From Ostreococcus lucimarinus (taxonomy: Eukaryota), in NCBI GenBank assembly GCA_000092065.1, contig CP000589.1: a DNA stretch of 64,000 nucleotides. One strand, given 5' to 3'. The translations under genes and the position numbers were made by a program. Within the stretch, counting starts at the first letter, position 1, and each line of letters begins with the position of its first letter. Under the pieces are notes generated by a model. It did no database searches. It was not told where the DNA came from and was given only the letters and a program-made list of their open reading frames with translations. Below are positions 51,029-62,333 of this stretch, in pieces.

Positions 51029-51743
51029 CTATTGCGCCTCTCGGCTCTTGTCAATCCCCGTTCCCCAAGTACCTCGCGGCGCGTCGCTATATGAAGCTGG
51101 ATCCATTGGATCGAGCGGCTCAGATTCTTTCCTCGCCGGCGCGCGCGCAGCGATAGCTTTCCTTTTCGGTGCACGTTCATGATTCGAGTTGCCCTGCGCG
51201 CCCGACGGACCGATGTCTCGCCGCACGCTCGCCGGTTTGCTCACGGCGGAAGCCTTCGTCTCGACTCGCGCCGTGCCCGTCGCGGTCGATGCTTTCGCTC
51301 GCTGTTGTTTCGTCATGAATGGGTTATCGACGACGTCCAATGAACTCACGCCCGGAGGATACCGACCCAAAATTCGCGAGCAGTGTAAACAGTAACCGTG
51401 CGCCTTCACGAGTCCGCGCCCGAATCCGCCGCACCCCGAGCACCTTCGCATCCCCACCGCCGTCGCACCGTCGCGCGGTCGCTCCCAAGACGTTCTCTGC
51501 GTGTGTGGATTAAAGAAATATTCTCTTCCACTCGCCGGATCCGTCGTCGCTCGCCATCCCGGCGGCAACGGCGTCGCCGCCGGCGGCGGCGGCGGCGGCG
51601 GTCTCGTCTTCTCCGCCTCCACAGGTCGTTCCCACTGCGTCTTATTCAGCGCTTTGTTGTAGTAATACGTCTGTCCGTACGTCGGATCGACTTTCGCTCT
51701 CCACCCTCGCGGCAGCTTCGCGTCGACGTCCGTTCCCGTCCCA

Positions 51744-51774
<31 letters not shown>

Positions 51775-51792
51775 GTCGTCGCTTCGTCGTCG

Positions 51793-51832
<40 letters not shown>

Positions 51833-51892
51833 CGGCACCGCGATCCCTCGCTTCGCCAGTCGCGCCAGCAGCGCTTCCGGGAGCGCGCCCAT
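51029..51892 (-). CDS. Protein with two WW domains, an acidic N-terminus and a C-terminal Cys/His cluster.
   Basis: [31 protein letters not shown] and [52 protein letters not shown]. Confidence 0.7.
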
Positions 51893-52113
51893 CGCGTCGC
51901 GCGGTGCCGACCGGCCGGGACGCCCGACGGGGAGTCAAAACACCCGGTCGCGCGGTCGCGCCGAAACACGAACGCGAAAACGGTCGCGACGCGGCGGGAA
52001 ACGCACGCGACCGACGCGTTCGAACGAGCGAGCGAACGCGCGCACACGCGAGCGCGCGAGCGACCGCGCTCGCGAACGAAAGGCGTCGACGGCGTCGGGT
52101 CGGGTCGCGCCGA

Positions 52114-52177
52114 CGGCGAACGGCGAACGGCGAACGGCGAACGGCGAACGGCGAACGGCGAACGGCGAACGGCGAAC
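52114..52177. repeat. (CGGCGAA)9 heptanucleotide microsatellite in the 336-bp divergent WW / TPR promoter region.
   Basis: Read directly. Confidence 0.9.
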
Positions 52178-52228
52178 GACGGTTCGAGCGGGCGCGCGCG
52201 CGCGGAATCGAGTCGACCCGCGCGAGCG

Positions 52229-53518
52229 ATGGAAGAGAGCGATGGATGCGCGACGTCGCGAGACTTTGCGAGCGTGAAGATGGAATATTTTAAGACGCGC
52301 GCGCGCGAGGCGCTGGGGAACGGGAACTATAAGGAGGCGTACGCGACGTACACGAAGTGTCTGGAGGAACTCGCGCCGAGGGACGCGGGCGAACGCGCGA
52401 AACTGCTGTGTAACCGTTCGATGGCGTACGCCAAGTCTGCAAACTTTAAAGCGGCGCTGGAGGACGCGTCTGCGGCGGTGTCGTTGATGCCGACGTTCGC
52501 CAAGGGGTGGTGGCGCAAGGCGACCGCGCACGTGGGGCTGCGACAGTTCCCGGACGCGCTCGCCGCGTACAGGCAATCGTTCGAATGTCAGGACGAAGGC
52601 GACGCCGGCGTGATCGACGAGCACGTGAAAGCGATGAATAAAACGATCACTTCATTTACGCGCGAGCAACTTGCGAACTGGATTCTTGAAACTCTGCAAG
52701 ACATGGAGAATCGCGAGCTCATCGAGCACGCGCACCTCGAAAACGTCACGTCGTTGGAGATGGCAGAGGGAATGTTTTGTCAAATCAAAGGCATAAATGA
52801 AGGAAGCAAGCCGCGCGGCGACTACTATCGGTTCGTACAACATTGGAACGTACACGGTATGAGCGTGCCGATGGCTTACACCCAGCGTGCGAGCATGTAC
52901 CGCCACGCGTTGTGCTTTATGCAAGCTCGCGCCGACGCGGCGGCGGCGTTGACCTTGTTACAAGACGACGCATCGCTTTCTGACAAGGAAACGGAGATGA
53001 CCTTCACGTACAAAGTCGATGACTTCTCGCCTTTCAAGGAAGATACAGTCATCACCAAAGCTTGGGCGTGGTACGAGATGGGCAAGGCTTTTGAAGGGCG
53101 CGAAAATGGTGACACGCAAGCGGCGGCGAAGTGCTTCTCGGCGATAACGCACTTGGACACCAAGTATCCGATGTTCACGAACGCCTTCAAGAATGTGTGC
53201 AGTCGTATGACTGATGTCGAGGCTGGGAAAATATTGAGCGACATCAACGATCAGTACGGCGTGGCGGAGTATGGCGTGCGCACCGTTCCCGACGCTTTGG
53301 CAACTTACGTGGTCACCGTCAGCCTTCTCTTCAAAACTGGCAAGCTCGTCGGCTTCAACTCTAAAGTGCGAGACTCGTTTCGAGAAAACGTCGCGAAGGG
53401 TGCGAATGTCATCAAAGAAAAGGTACTCATAGAAAGCGTGCGCTCAAGGTTTCGTGGAGCGCCTGGTGTCGCGCTTTCGTATCGAATTCTCGCCGGCGAA
53501 GATAAATTAAACTCCGAG
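52229..53518 (+). CDS. TPR-repeat protein, first (GC-rich) exon starting MEESDGCATSRDF. It appears to continue through a GTACGT donor at 53519 rather than stop at the TGA at 53528.
   Basis: TPR units YKEAYATYTKCLEELAPRDAGERAKLLCNRSMAYAKSANFKAALEDASAAVSLMPTFAKGWWRKATAHVGLRQFPDALAAYRQSFE. A phase-0 GTACGT lies immediately before the stop. Confidence 0.6.
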
Positions 53519-53571
53519 GTACGTGTTTGATATCCGTCGTTCGGCGGCTGGTATTCACGATGTTAGCGCAG

Positions 53572-54828
53572 AAAATGCTCGAGAAAATTCAAGCACACGA
53601 TTTGATGTTACTGGGTGGCGCAGAAACGGAGGCTGCGATGGGTACGGCGAGCGACGTGCAAGGTGAGTTAATTAAATGGAATAAATTGATGAGGAATTAA
53701 ATAATTCATCACGTAGGCGAGCTCAAGGAACTGAAGTCGGAGGACTTGGTAGATCGCATCAACAACTTACAAGGAATTATCTTATCGACATTAAAAAGTG
53801 GCAAGGAGATCGTAGTCGCGAAGCGACCACCAACCGACATGGAGCTTCCTTACAGAACGTACAAATTAGTTTACAACGACGGCACCCCGGTCGAACGAGT
53901 GAACAAAACGGGCTATCAAATGTCACAAGTGCACTACTCGGCGCAAGGAATGCACAAACGCGAAGTATGGGCTGAGATGATGGTGCGAACGACCGCAATT
54001 AATTATTTACAATTAAATTAAATTTGACACAGGACAAGTCTTGCCGATGGCACCAGAGCTCATCTGAGATAGCCGTTCAAGCGTTACAAGTGCCGAAGGA
54101 CGCCAAGAAGCAAGATTTGGATGTCTGCATCACGCCGTCGACCGTCAGAGTGTCATGTCGAAACACTGGACGCACGTACCTAGAGGTGATTTAAATTAAT
54201 TATTTCTCGACACGCAATTATTTACAATTCATTCGCTATCAGGGAGAGTTATTTCGACAAATCATACCAGAAGAGTCTGCGTGGGTTCACCTTGGTACGT
54301 GACAAATTAAATCAATCTTCACTATCGTTTCGCGATCGAAATTAATTATTTTGCTTCAGGCGGAGAGGATGACGACGGTTTCGTGTTGTACCTGAAGAAG
54401 ATGAACCTGGAGCTTTTCAAAGATAAGAACGCCGCGCCCAGTGATAGCTGGTGGGAACGGCTGTTTAATTCTCATGGAGATATTGCATTCGATGACTACG
54501 ATAAGGATTTCACGGATCTACCCACTCCTATCGCTGAGGTGAGTGTGCTTGTTTGTTTGTATCTCCTGTTTGAGCACCGCACTGACCAACTGCATTGCGC
54601 CCGACATAGTCCATCGCAGCCGCCGAAGATGCGTCAAGTGTACTGCAGGCGAGAGAAGAGGAAGAATATAAGGAGCGCGAAGCCGCACGCGAACGTGATG
54701 ACCTCCGAAAGCGCGAGAGACAAGTGCGCCTGGCTGAACTTCGCGGGGGCAAGTATTTGTCGTGGGTTGAGCTCGACAGACGCAATCCCGCGCCGAATCC
54801 TCTGGCACAACGCAGCGAGCCTGCGTAA
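53572..54828 (+). CDS. Multi-exon region encoding a NudC-type CS domain plus a charged C-terminal tail, probably the 3' exons of the TPR gene. Proposed exons are 53572-53662, 53717-53982 (or -53964), 54033-54185, 54243-54294, 54360-54538 and 54610-54828. The introns are 50-71 nt and AT-rich.
   Basis: GT-AG sites are phase-consistent. The joined translation DKSCRWHQSSSEIAVQALQVPKDAKKQDLDVCITPSTVRVSCRNTGRTYLEGELFRQIIPEESAWVHLGGEDDDGFVLYLKKMNLELFKDKNAAPSDSWWERLF follows the NudC CS-domain pattern. The first exon could alternatively start an independent gene at ATG 53560. Confidence 0.5.
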
Positions 54829-54983
54829 TTCCAGTATGTTTTCCACGATTTTGCCTCAAAATGACCATAACCAGCGCTTGTCGTGAAAGTTACTAATTTG
54901 TGCTTGAATTCTCGCCCGGTTGAACGAGCCGTCTAGACGTCCACGCGTTTGTCCCGTCGACACACGTCGAACTGTGCGCGAAC

Positions 54984-56128
54984 TCACGCCTTTTTCACTG
55001 TCCATAGCCAACTCCAGTATGTTTTGCTCGGATTTACTCCGTATCTTGCCCGTGGATCCGCCATGATCCGGAGCAATACTTCAACGACCCCCATGTCCTG
55101 TGTCACGAACTTGGGCACCTCAGCCGTGTGCATGAATGTGTGTTCGCGGATGAACACGACGGCCGTCGCGAGCAAAGACAGTAGCATGCATACCGTAGAA
55201 ATTGAGAAAAACATCGAAAGACAAAGCAACATGCTTTTCAAGTCGAAAAGAAGCACCTCTTCACCGAATAGATGACTGCACAACATCGTGTTGAAGCCCA
55301 AAATAGTGGATTGCCAAACCATGCGGTACCCCACAGTCCAGCACCACGCCTTCATGTAGCACCCCTTACAAGACGGACTGATCGTGGCAAATAGAAAATT
55401 ACCGCGATATTTGATGAAATTGTCGAGTTGAACTCGTGCGAGCCTTGGTTTATCGTCTATTTCGCTGGCTTGCATCGCAAGTCTGTGTTCGAGAATCGAG
55501 TCGCCAACGACGGTGTGTAGTATGGGTGGATCTCCCTGCGCGATAGGTGTGAGCGAACGTGTTCAGGGTGAAAAGCGAAAAGTCTTACGTGATAATAACC
55601 ATTATGAGACACGATAGAATGACAGATCGGACACGTTCCAGAGCCCTCTTGTCCTGTGAAAGGACACATCAATTTTGACTCTGCTTTCGTCAGCTCGTCG
55701 GAGTCTTCCAGTAGTGGAGCGGCGTTTTGCCATGGCTTTGTGTCGAAAACGGCACGAATTCCCTCGTATCGACCGGTTTCTAGCAAAACGAAACACGTAA
55801 CGCTAAAAAACATCATAAACGACGACACCAAGAGCGTCCACCATTCTGCAAAGTGTCGTGAGTGTCTCGAGTTTGACTGCGACATGGTCAACTCACCACA
55901 AAAGCTGTACAAGGCCGTGCTCTTTGGAGCCGTTAGGGCCGCCGCTAGGGCTGCAGTTGCGCTGATCGGGACTGAAATCTTGCCTCTCAAGGCATTCATG
56001 ATGCCAAAAGGCTGCATCATCACTTGCATAACGGTCATGGTTGGAGGCAAACTGTGACGTTCTCCCCTCGTTTCCAAAATTGAGACTTGATTAGACTCGT
56101 CTTGAGCGCGTGCGTCATGGGGCGACAA
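54984..56128 (-). CDS. Hypothetical multi-pass membrane protein in the low-GC region: join(55589..56128, 54984..55524), with a 64-nt GTAAGA...CGCGCAG intron at 55525-55588.
   Basis: Two overlapping out-of-frame ORFs are reconciled by a phase-consistent intron (...CPICHSIVSHNGYYH | GDPPILHTVVGD...). There are several hydrophobic helices. No domain recognised. Confidence 0.45.
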
Positions 56129-56241
56129 TTTCGCGCGTGCATCGATTTATCGATTTGTGAGTGAAGTAAATTATTACGGTGTAAGGAGTTGCGATGAAAG
56201 TTCGGGATGATTCTCATCTCACATTCAAACGATCTAAAGTT

Positions 56242-59141
56242 CTACTTTTCCATTTCCTCGACCCACTCCGGGTTCTTCTTTAAGATGACAACTCCCTCTA
56301 AAACAGGAGTCAAAGGAATGTATTTCTCGCTCGCCAGCTCCGCTCGATCGCCAACTGACAGAAGTACGGGAGTGTTATGTGTTTGGAAGCCAGTGATAGT
56401 CTTTGGTCGCCCAGCCTGTCCCACGACGTCAACAGCTTGACCGACTCGAACAGACACTTGCAACGGTTCCCCTTGTTCATCCACAGTCATGAGCATGCGC
56501 GGTTGGGCAGCGACAAACAAATAGTACAGCATGTAGTGATGCTTACCCAAAATCGTATGCTTCATGTCGAGTCCCGCAAAGGCGGTGATGATCAAACCAG
56601 CAAGTGCGACGTTTGACACCAGCGCTCGGTCCGAGTGCGCCGGAGAAAGCGTGAGCAAGCCCTTACCCATATGCACAAGACCCTGTGAGACACGCACGAG
56701 GAACAAACACGACGGCTCCTTGTAGTAGTAACTACTAAGTTGTCGTAGCTGCGAGGCCAAGCGCGCGTTGTTGGTTCCCGCTCCAACAATACCGAGGGCA
56801 AGGCACGCGGACTGCGCGACCTCTTCATTGCTATCGTGACTGAGTCTACCAAGTAAATCCGTGACATCAAGCTTCGGGTTGGAGGTGTGTAACAGCGCAA
56901 ATGCGAGAGGAACGGCTTTCTTTACTGCCGCGTCACCATACTGAATAAGGTGATCGTACGCACGGACCGCCATGTCTGCTCCAAGTTCTTCGCCCATGGC
57001 AACGAGAGCGATGCCCAACACAGCGACACTCTGGGGATCTGCAATCCATTCATCGCCTTCGTCAGCCTCCGGGTGCTCGCCGCACTTCGCCAAAAGAGAC
57101 TGAATTTTCAACACATTACCACTACCGGCGTACGCGCACACGTCCAGCACAGTTTGTAAATATCCGCTGATTCGCGCCGGGAGAGTTTTCGCAACTTCCA
57201 ATGTCGCTTCCACTTCCGCTTGACGCTGTAAGAAAAGTAAACCTAAACCTAGGCACAAAAAGTGCACAAACGTATTGTCGAGTTCTTTCTCAGGCCGCAT
57301 CATCAGCGTTTGGACGATGGTCGACACAGACTCTTCGTGGCACGTGCCGCAGAAGACGAGGCCAAGCGACAGCGCTGCGAAAGCAACGACTTCCAACGGA
57401 GCACTGTCATCGTGAATCACCTCCGTGAGAAGCTCGGAAACTTCTTCTTTTTGAGTACCAGCATATGCCAAACCAAGTCCCATTATCGCACCGATTCTTA
57501 CTGCGGAGTTTTCCTTGGTCACGCTCTCGTACAACAAACCGTAAGCGGGATCGCAATCGTTCCGCACATTAGTGTTGATGAGACCAACGGCAAGCAAGCC
57601 ACCCGCAACGATGTTCGGTTCCTCGCTATAGAGATAAGCATCGACTTGCGGTAGACCGCCTTCAACGTCCCAAAGCAAGATGCTCCCAAGGCTAGCAGCT
57701 GCTGACATTTTACCGTGATCTTTGTTTTTGAAAATCCAGCTCACATTAGATGTGGAACCATCCGCGGCTTCTGAAGAAGTTAAAAGCTTATCTTGTCCGA
57801 AACCGGCGTTCACGAACGCGTTCACGAATGTCGCTGCGAGGTTAGCACGAGCACTATCCACTGCGGCGCCCGAAGGAGCGCGAACTTCCATTAAATGCGA
57901 TTTGTAAATGTCCTCGGGTAACTTCGCCTCCATGACATCCAAGTCACGCGCCAGCATCAAGTAGTTCTTTGTCAAGTCTGAGTGACTCATGATGTTCTGC
58001 AGCATATCCAGGTTATCTTCTTCAACCTCACACGGGCCTTCATCGAGCTTCAACGGATGGCCGTGACGGGCCAACATGTAGCAAAGTTGCTTCTTGATGG
58101 CCAAGTTGGTGCACGCGTTGAACGTCTCTTCGATGATGCTCTGCTCGCAGAGCTTGAGCGCAACTCGCATAGCGTCTGGCATCTTCCCAACCTTCATGAA
58201 AATCGCATGCGCCGTCTTCAACACGATTGCATCTTCTGGCTCAGGAAGATAGTTGGCACAGCTGAACAGGTACAAGCATGTCCTCGAATAGTTGGCGTCG
58301 TTCACGTTGTCGAGCAAAATGTCGAGCTTCTCAACTTCCAATAGTAAATCGACAGCCTCTGGCTCGGCGTTGTGTTGCATGTGAAAAGGAACGATTTCGT
58401 GCACCAAACCCATGAGATCTTCCATCGAAGCCTTGTCCCCATCTTGCTCTATGCGACGATGGTATTCAGTGCCGATCTCTGCGGCGAGATTACGCACATA
58501 CTCGTGTCCCCAGTTCCCGATGTCCTCCTTTGACCCTAATAATCTGTACTTCAACGACTCTGGAATTTCCCCAGCCACCGGAGCGTTGGTCATGGACAAC
58601 AAGGAAATGATATCCGCCAGCAGTAACTTGTTTTCTCCATTCTTCGTTTTGTCGTACACCTCCTTCAAGGTTTGCAAGTGCGGTCTCAAAAACTTTAAAG
58701 GCTTTGGGACCGAAGTCATCGAACTGTTCGCATCGCCGTAAAGTACCGTATCATTTCGTCAGTATCGCGCATATCACTCACTCAATCGTCGCGTGATCCA
58801 CGATCGCGTCGTAATCGTTCATGCGACCTCGTCGCTCTCGCACTCGCGCACCTCGTCGCCGTTCGGATCTCGCGTCTCATCGTTTCAAGCGCCAATTTCG
58901 CCACCCCCGCCTTCGGATCGCTCGCTCGCATCACCATCAGTTCCAAGTTCTCCTTCAGCGCCGCGTCTTCTTCGCTCAACTCCACCTCGTTCTTCTTATC
59001 CTTTCTATTCTTCGTCGTCGATGACTTTCCATCGCCAACGACCCCATCGCCGTTTTTGTCGTCTTTGTCGTCGCCCGCGGCGTTCTTTCCTTTCTTCGCG
59101 CTCGCCGCGGCGACGGCGTCGTTGGGTTTCTTCGTCACCAT
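56242..59141 (-). CDS. PSMD2: 26S proteasome regulatory subunit RPN1/PSMD2, two exons: join(58852..59141, 56242..58733).
   Basis: Exon 1 ...ELSEEDAALKENLELMVMRASD...METMRREIRTAT splices at a phase-2 GT to ...S-SMTSVPKPLKFLRPH, matching the conserved RPN1 N-terminus. The remainder contains the PC-repeat body. Confidence 0.9.
58734..58851 (-). other. 118-nt intron of PSMD2 (GTGCGCGA...CTGACGA...GCGAACAG).
   Basis: Required to join the two conserved RPN1 segments. A CTGAC branch point lies ~34 nt before the AG. Confidence 0.8.
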
Positions 59142-59395
59142 CGCGTGAGTCGGTTAAAGCGTCGCGTCGGGTGACGACGCGTCGACGAGAGCGGCGATCA
59201 TTTGCTCGCCGATCTTCATAGGCATCCTCAGCTCACCGTCTGCGCTCGTGCCCTGGGCGAGCGCTCGACGACGCGACCTCGCGAGCGCGAAGGGACGCGC
59301 GGATGGCTTTAGAAAACGAAAATCGCGAGCAATAATGTAAAAGAAAACCGACAGATGCTAAGATATCACTAAAAAATGCGTCGCGTTTCGTTCGT

Positions 59396-61444
59396 CTACT
59401 CTACGGAAGCCGCCGCTCGCGCGTCGAGCGTCTTGCGCTTGTGCGAGCTCACCGAGGTGTTCGCCTTCATCAACTCCCGAAGAACCATGGTGGCGTAAGA
59501 AGACGGGGGCAGAGTGAACTTCACCGTTACGGCACGTAAAGGGCCGTCTTCGATGGTGCGTTCGGTGATGCCATTGATGCGATCGAGATCGGTCAAAACC
59601 AAATCCGCCGCCGCGTCCGCGTACGAAATGACGGTGTGCGATACGTTTGTGGGTTTGAGAAAGCATCTACGGTAGTCACCGGTGAATGAGTTGATTGCGA
59701 ATTCACGAACCGAATGCGTCGTAGTATTCAAACTGATTCCATCCTCCGCGGCGAATCGATCGTAAACATCACCCAAATTTGTTGGGTACGTTATCGAGTT
59801 TCCAGGAAGCGGCAGCACCACGAGCGACGAGTCAATCGCACCCAAAGCGGCTTCCTCGGCTGTCACTACGCGAACCCTCGGCATACTCACCCGAGTATCG
59901 CCATTCATATCGTCTTCGCCTTCATCTCCGGCACAGTTTCCCTCTTCGAGCACTAAGTCACCTTCGACGACCGTGTTGACTCCGTACTTACGAATGCGCT
60001 CCGACACGACACGATTAAACAAGTATGCCTGGTAGGCGTGAATGTACATCAGTCTAATCTGCTTCGGCACGGCCAACAGCGATCCGACCAAGTCCGTGGA
60101 GCGAACTTTTGACATGCGCTCGAGCACACAGCGCTCTGCCGCGCACCAGCGTGGCATCAACTTCAAAGTCTCATTGGGATCCTTTGTTTCCATCCATTTC
60201 AAGCGCGCCTTCATGACATCGTCGCGCTCGCCTTCGCGCGGCAGCAGCAAAGCGTCGATCGCAGCTTGCCATTCGCCACGTAAAAGTTCAATTCCAATTT
60301 TATGCGTTGCGTGTTTGCCCCCAGCGCTACCAAATCTCTGCAAACCGTAGTAGTTGATGGTCCCTGAAGACTTGAGTGCGCGCACTGCCTCCTCCACGTT
60401 CCCGACGACGTCTGGGTCGATGCCTCGGAGCGTTATCTCAAACTCGTTCCCGCAATGGTCTCCGAAACCAAGTTGTCTGTCGACATACGTATAGTTACCA
60501 ATTTTACACCCATAAAGTACCAGCTTGGCCAACCTTTTCGCCCGAACTCTGTGCACGGTGACGTGTTGCGTTGTCACTCCGCGCTTGTCCTTCGTTCCGG
60601 CGACGCCAATAGACTTGAAGTTCACCTTCAAGGCCCGGGCTATGACGTTGAGCATCTCGTAAGACTCTTTGTTTTCTTTGCAAAACGCAAATCGCACATG
60701 TTCTGGAACGCCTTCGGGCCAAAAGTTTCCCACCGCTCGATGATCCATTGCCTCCACGCGCGTTCGCTTCTTGCCTTGCTTGACGGCGGCATGCACGCGC
60801 ACGCTCGAAGACGGCTTTTTCAAGTTCTTGAGAGCTTCCTTCTCTTCCTCGTTCGACTCCACGACGTTGTCCGTAGGTAATAAAAAGTGTTTCTTGAAAA
60901 ATTGATGAATTTGCGTCCGTTTCGCTTTATCCGTCGTCGGCTCGAGCACGAGCGGTTGGGGCGTTTCCGCCTTTCCATCGTGCGTCTTCTGACTTCGACG
61001 CGTCACCCCGGGAGTGGCTAAAAATTCTCTCAGTCGCCGCGCGTCCTCTGCACCGCACAGCGCTTCGAATTCTTTCATTGCCTCCTCAATACTCTCTTCT
61101 TTATCCCCCTCCACGTCATCCTTCGCCGCGTCCTCGTCCTCCGCTTCGTCGTCCGGCCCGCGCTCGCGTTCCATGGCTTGCACTTTCGCCTTCATCGCCT
61201 CAAACTTCTTCCGCTCTCGCGCGTCGATCTCTACATCGCACGTCGCGCTCAGTTCATTCAAAACCACCGCCTCACCGCTCTCGATGTCGATCTCCCGCAC
61301 GATGAAATCGCTGTAGCGTTCTTTCAGCACACCATCGAATCCGGCGGCGGCGTTGGCGTAGAGCTCGAGGCCGACGAGTCGCTCCTCCACGTGCTCGATC
61401 GCGTCGTTCTCGCGCCACGATGCCGACGACGGCGCGTGCGACAT
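59396..61444 (-). CDS. PUS7: tRNA pseudouridine(13) synthase of the TruD/Pus7 family.
   Basis: RYSDFIVREI, GVAGTKDKRGVTTQHVTV (catalytic Asp motif), NYYGLQRFG. Confidence 0.88.
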   Translation of the reverse strand: MSHAPSSASWRENDAIEHVEERLVGLELYANAAAGFDGVLKERYSDFIVREIDIESGEAVVLNELSATCDVEIDARERKKFEAMKAKVQAMERERGPDDEAEDEDAAKDDVEGDKEESIEEAMKEFEALCGAEDARRLREFLATPGVTRRSQKTHDGKAETPQPLVLEPTTDKAKRTQIHQFFKKHFLLPTDNVVESNEEEKEALKNLKKPSSSVRVHAAVKQGKKRTRVEAMDHRAVGNFWPEGVPEHVRFAFCKENKESYEMLNVIARALKVNFKSIGVAGTKDKRGVTTQHVTVHRVRAKRLAKLVLYGCKIGNYTYVDRQLGFGDHCGNEFEITLRGIDPDVVGNVEEAVRALKSSGTINYYGLQRFGSAGGKHATHKIGIELLRGEWQAAIDALLLPREGERDDVMKARLKWMETKDPNETLKLMPRWCAAERCVLERMSKVRSTDLVGSLLAVPKQIRLMYIHAYQAYLFNRVVSERIRKYGVNTVVEGDLVLEEGNCAGDEGEDDMNGDTRVSMPRVRVVTAEEAALGAIDSSLVVLPLPGNSITYPTNLGDVYDRFAAEDGISLNTTTHSVREFAINSFTGDYRRCFLKPTNVSHTVISYADAAADLVLTDLDRINGITERTIEDGPLRAVTVKFTLPPSSYATMVLRELMKANTSVSSHKRKTLDARAAASVE

Positions 61445-61578
61445 CGTTCACGACCGCTCGACGCGACGAAAGGTGACGCCGAACGCGCTCGCGCTCGTCG
61501 CGACGCCGCGCGCGCGAGTGTGACCGCCCAACAAACTCGTTCGAGACTGTTCGCCGCATTGTTCGCCGCGCGCGCGCG

Positions 61579-62295
61579 ATGGGCGCTTCGATCGAGGGCG
61601 AGGTCGATGAAATAATCGCTCGTCATCGCGCGTGCGTGTTACGCGGACGCGCGTTCTTCGTCGCGTGGCACGGGACGCTGACGCTCGCGTTTCAAGCTTG
61701 GAGCGAAGATTTCGCGAGACTCAAGCGCGCGCTGAACGAGATCGACGCGATGCAAGCCGAGGCGTTCGGATCGAAGTGGCCGAAAATTTCATTGGGGTGC
61801 TTGAAATCAGACGACGCGGGGGGGAGGTTGACGATGGAGGAGTACGAAGCGTTGCGCGACGTCTGCGATGGCTTTCGCGGTCGAGCGGAGCGCGACGCTC
61901 GAGTTCGAGCGAGCGAGCTGAAAGTCGTGGTTTTTGGTTCGAGATGCTGCGAGCGACGCGTGAGCGTAAAGCGCGTGAAACTGCGCCCAGAGGAATGCGG
62001 TGAGGAGGCATCGAGGGAAAGTGTAGCGCTCGTTGAGTCTGTGCTAAGTGAGGGACGGCGTGACGAAGAATACTTAAATCGCGTCAACGCGCCGGGGCAT
62101 CGAGCGTGTCATTACGAACAAGGAAGCGGTGTCACGCTCGTGGCCGACGCTCTCGAAGGAAACACCTCCGACGTTTCTGATTTGACAGCGTTGCTGCTCG
62201 AGTTTCGGAGCGCGGTTGAGAAAATATTACCGGGACGCTTCCGTTGGTTTCGAGACGATTCTCTGCACGTCACCGTGCGCGGTCTCGTAAACTAG
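61579..62295 (+). CDS. 2H phosphoesterase superfamily protein (LigT/CPDase/USB1-like).
   Basis: Two H-x-T-x motifs at the expected spacing: AWHGTLTLAF and SLHVTVRGL. Confidence 0.5.
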   Translation: MGASIEGEVDEIIARHRACVLRGRAFFVAWHGTLTLAFQAWSEDFARLKRALNEIDAMQAEAFGSKWPKISLGCLKSDDAGGRLTMEEYEALRDVCDGFRGRAERDARVRASELKVVVFGSRCCERRVSVKRVKLRPEECGEEASRESVALVESVLSEGRRDEEYLNRVNAPGHRACHYEQGSGVTLVADALEGNTSDVSDLTALLLEFRSAVEKILPGRFRWFRDDSLHVTVRGLVN

Positions 62296-62333
62296 ACAAA
62301 TAGAGTTAGAAAAAATAGGGCATTGTTTTAGAC

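Noticed and set aside
58734-58851. A box C/D snoRNA hidden in the PSMD2 intron.
   Set aside because: I found CUGA-like and AUGA-like fragments but no properly spaced C (RUGAUGA) and D boxes with terminal stem. It is not supportable by eye.
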